Shown piece by piece: positions 60,263 to 64,000 of a DNA stretch of 64,000 nt. Both the position numbers and the translations under genes were made by a program. Every line of letters begins with the position of its first letter. Position 1 is the first letter of the stretch. The notes beneath the pieces are model-generated. The model worked only from the letters and a program-made list of their open reading frames with translations, did not search any database and was not told where the DNA came from. Source of the stretch: Amoebophrya sp. A120 (taxonomy: Eukaryota > Protista > Dinoflagellata); assembly GCA_905178155.1 (NCBI GenBank), contig CAJINV010000027.1, positions 272,656 through 336,655 on the forward strand. Reading direction: 5' to 3'.

Positions 60263-61065
60263 CATCAGGGTGCGCGCGTGCTCCCTGATAGAAAAGACCC
60301 ACTTCTATTAGCGGGGCACCCTCATGGACAGCGAGCTGGTGGAGATCTATCAGGGGGCACCCGTGCCCCCTGATGGATAGGAAGTTGGTGATGATATAGC
60401 AGGGGGCACGTGTGCCGCCTGATGGGAAGCGAGCTGGTCACGTTTCTATCAGGGGGCACGCGTGCACCCTGATGCTAAACCCCAGGCCCGGTCGAGACAT
60501 TTCAAAAGTTTACTGTTATCGTGCAGCGGAATCCGCGAAGTTTTAAAGTTTTATTTTTATTGACGCAGAAAAGCACGCGCAGGCGTATTGCTGCCGCAAA
60601 GAAAAACGCATCTTCTATCAGGGGCACGCGTGCCCTCTGATAGAAGTGCCCCCTTCCAGTAGGGGGCACGCGTGCCCCTTGATGGCAAGCGAGCTGGTCG
60701 CGTTTCTATCGGCGGGCACGCGTGCACCCTGATGCAAAGCCACAGGTCGTGGGCGAGACATTTCAAAGTTTTATTTTTATCGCGCAGCAGAATCCGCGAA
60801 ATTTCAAAGTTTTATTTTTATTGAAGCAAAAAAGCACTCACAGGCCTATTGCTGCCGGGAAGAAAAACACTTCTAGCATCAGGGGGCACGCGTGCGCCCT
60901 GATGCAAAGCCACAGGCCCGGGTCGAGACATTTTGCAGTTTTATTTCCATTGCGCAGCAGAATCCGCGAAATTTGCACACTTTATTTTCATCGAAGCAAA
61001 AAAGCGTCTGCAGGCGTATTGCTGCCGGAAAGGAAAACGCTTCCGCTATCAGGGGGCACGCGTAG
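60263..61065. repeat. Degenerate repeat built on the palindrome atcaggggg-cacgcgtg-caccctgat
   Basis: Motif variants at ~60264, 60348, 60448, 60617, 60708, 60878 and 61048. Confidence 0.75.
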
Positions 61066-61976
61066 GTGGCGGGCAGCTGGGGGCCGTGGTTTTTCTCTGC
61101 GTCCCAAGATTTGCGCCGGCCATACCATGGGGAATCGCTCTCAGCGTCCCAAGATTTACACCGCCCCGGCTGGCCGGTCCGGTGGGCAGCCGCGGGCTGC
61201 GGTTTTTCTCAGCGTCCCAAGCTTTGCTTTGGCCATAGCATGGCGGTACGCTCTCAGCGTCCCAAGATTAAGACGGCCCAAAGGGTTGCCGCGTCCGCCC
61301 CTTGCCCCGGCGCTTGTTGTTCGCTGTTCCGTTTTTTGCTTCGTTTACACCGTCGGGGATGGCTCTCGCTGTCCCGTTTTTTACATTTGGCGGCCGACAG
61401 CATCTTGGCGCCCGATGTATCCCCTTGCCTGCCTCTCCGGGCTAGGCCGTACGGCAGGCAGCCGGGAGCCGGAATTTTGCTCGCTGTCTCGTTTTTTGCG
61501 TCGGCCATAGCGTCGGGGATGGCTTTTGCTTTTCCGTTTTTTACGTTTCCCGAAGGGCTTCAGCTTGCCGCCCGCTCCGTCCCTTGCTTGCCTTCCCTGG
61601 TTGGGTCGACCGGCGGACAGTGGAGGGCTGTGGTTTTGCTCGCTGCCTCGTTTTTTGCGTCGGCCATCCCTACCGTCGGGCATGGCTCGCGCTGTTGCGT
61701 TTTTTACATTTCCCGGCCGGCTGCATCTTGGTTGCAGGTGTCCAAGGTTGTAAGATTTCGGCGAGAACCCGGCGGATGCTGATGTCCGTAAAACTCAACA
61801 GGCGGACGGATCGCGAGGCACAAGCGTGCTGCTAATCGTCGAAATCGTGGCGGCCGTTCTTTTTTATTTTTGGCAAGCTCGTCAAAGATTCGCGGAGCTC
61901 TGTGGCTGTGCGCCGATGTTGGCAGGTTCGACAACGTACGTGGAAGAGGTCAGGAATATTCGACGCGACTGGCGAA

Positions 61977-63060
61977 TCCTTCGCGAAACGCTGGAAATAT
62001 TTTTTGACATACGGGCTCGCAAAAACATTCGAAAAGCTTCTACATCATTTAATATCACAAGGACACGATAATAGTGTTAAACAATGTAAACGTATGTTTG
62101 AACACGCAAACGCTACATTTGCGGACCATTGACCACATTTGCAAAATTTTGACTGGAGCTAAACTACAGAACGGCGTAGCAGAGAATGTGGGGTAGACGC
62201 TAGCCATTTTTGTTGTGTCGTAGTTTTATCATTCTCTTTCAAATCCATTCCAAAATTGAACAGACAAATAAATATTCGAAAGGTATCGGCAACATTTGAC
62301 AGAACTTGACGACATTCCTGAAGCTGTGGAAATGTTTGCCAAGATTTGATTGCAAAAGCATTCGAATACGTTCTTCATTTGATATCACAAAGAAACGAAA
62401 TACGTTTTACACAGGTGATGAAGACTGCGGAGATATCGGAGACGCCGCAAATGCTGCGTTTGCGAATCATCTATAGCTTTTGAGAAATTTTGGCGGTTGA
62501 TCTGATGGATAACAAACAAGGCGTAGCACTTCGGGCTGTGCTGTGGTGTTGGCGCTGATTTGAGTTTCATAGTTGAAAACTATTTGAAATCATTTATTCC
62601 AACAAACATTTTGAAATTCCGCGGATACACCACAAGAATATTCAAAATGTTTACCGCAATAAATAATTTCAAATAGTTTTCAACTATGAAATTCAAATCA
62701 GCGCCAACATGTGAACAGGCGCTGGCGTTTTCTTTTTTGTGGCGAATCGCTTGGAAATAAGTCTGTTCTCTGCGTCGATTCAAAAACTGAGCAAGCAGAT
62801 ACTTGAAAGGAATAGGCAACACTTGACAGAACTCGACGACATTCGCGAAGCTGTGAAAATAATTTGCAGCATGTAATTGCATTCCAGAAGATCTGCAAAC
62901 ACGTTCGAAAAAGTTCTTCACTTGATATCACTATGTCGTCAGACGCAAGTTATACTCGTTCTAAAATTCAGAAATACACCTTAAGGGCCGCAACTGATGC
63001 ATTTGCGCACTCGTATGCATTGTTTCGTATATTTGCTGCATTTTCGCTGCATAATTTGTG
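61977..63060. repeat. Second copy of the AT-rich dispersed repeat
   Basis: Aligns to 56250-57485 in permuted order. Confidence 0.88.
62546..62710. mobile_element. 165-bp foldback MITE, copy 2
   Basis: gtgttggcgctgatttga...tcaaatcagcgccaacat; TSD gtg. Confidence 0.8.
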
Positions 63061-63277
63061 TTGGCGCATTGACCGGTTACGTACAAAAATAATTTCATCG
63101 TGCAAAACTACACAAGAAGAGAAAAGAGAGAGCAAGAAGCTGAAAGAGTTTCGTCGTAAAATTGTGAAAACGTGAACACCTTCCGAACCTGCAGGATGTA
63201 TTTTTAGCCCCGCTAAATACTACTTGAGTCATACCCGAAGTGGTGTTTTGTCCTTGAGGTTGCTAGTGTTCTCATGA

Positions 63278-64000
63278 TGATCTGCCCGGTGCCAACAATC
63301 TAAAAATACATTCCTCGACCTCAAAAGTGTTACTTTTCCGTTTTTTATTTCCCAACTACGAAATCAACTCGTACCGAATTCCCTTAACATTTCGACGGCG
63401 ATTTTTTCGACGAGTTTCCGTTTCAACCTGTTATCACTTTACAAATTGACACTGATGGGGCTGTATACGTGTTTTTGGAGTATGAAAATCATCGACGACA
63501 AAGGCATGGAAAGAGCACCGATTTACCGAACCAGTAACATGTACCAGGTGGGAGTTTATTACGATTCCGAAAAACAAGAAGTAGCAGCGATTTCCCAGAC
63601 CAGTAAAATGCTGCAACACCAGCGCAACATGCATTTTTTCGACACTACCTGCAGAATCAAGAACTGCCACGCCTGTCAGCAGAACAAGGGGCAGAAACCG
63701 TCGCACAACCGACGACCACAAGAAAAAGGAATAACGGCGAAAAAGTTCAACGAGGTGGTCCACATCGACATCGTTGGACCGATTTCCCTGCGCTCGTTTC
63801 ATAACCATCGCTACCTTTGCAACCTGGTAGATGGTTGCACAGGATGGGGGGAAAGCTACCCCCTCAAGAGCAAAACAGAAACCTACCGCGCACTACGGCA
63901 ATGGGTCCAATCTCATGGACGACCTGCCGCAGTAAGATGCGACAACGGCACCGAGTTCCAGTATCTGTTTGCAAAAGAGTGCAGAAGATACAACACCACC
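63278..64000 (+). CDS. Copia-type pol fragment (protease C-terminus, GAG-pre-integrase/HHCC, integrase core); runs off the window
   Basis: Open frame not in the ORF track (no stop in window): FNLLSLYKL...LQHQRNMH...CHAC...VHIDIVGP...RYLCNLVD...YPLKSK...VRCDNGTEF. Confidence 0.85.

Noticed and set aside
58043-60373. Repetitive ORFs of 170-300 aa
   Set aside because: Translations of the 141-bp and 106-bp satellites, with stops in neighbouring units.
1-64000. tRNA, rRNA, snRNA or spliced-leader RNA genes
   Set aside because: None recognised by eye; a covariance-model search would be needed to exclude them.

Overview
Eukaryotic genomic DNA, most likely from a parasitic syndinian dinoflagellate (Amoebophrya-like). 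This is inferred from introns whose inverted repeats start TAT-N7-AAA, the signature I recall for Amoebophrya strain A120. Bases 1-43,100 hold a co-oriented (+ strand) gene cluster: an epsin-like ENTH protein, a multi-EF-hand membrane protein, a DUF3429/TMEM69-like protein, a GT34-like glycosyltransferase, a small Cys-rich ER-type protein, a beta-propeller-like protein, TFIIH p62 and a Kelch protein. The genes are cut by about 40 non-canonical introns that are miniature DNA transposons ('introners'): 150-370 bp, TAT...ATA terminal inverted repeats (TIRs), flanked by 5-bp target-site duplications (TSDs). Removing an element plus one TSD copy restores the reading frame, as shown by rebuilding ENTH and EF-hand motifs across junctions. 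The introners occur in both orientations, nest in each other, stack 0-2 nt apart and carry kb-scale satellites. All families share an internal TTGTNATGC/GCATNACAA motif that persists where the TIRs have decayed. Bases 43,100-64,000 are a repeat compartment: a full-length but decayed Ty3/Gypsy element (45,892-56,151, minus strand), a 165-bp foldback MITE with its empty site, 141-bp and 106-bp satellites, and the start of a Copia-type integrase ORF. Exon-intron structures were reconstructed by eye, and exact splice points within TSDs cannot be fixed without RNA data.
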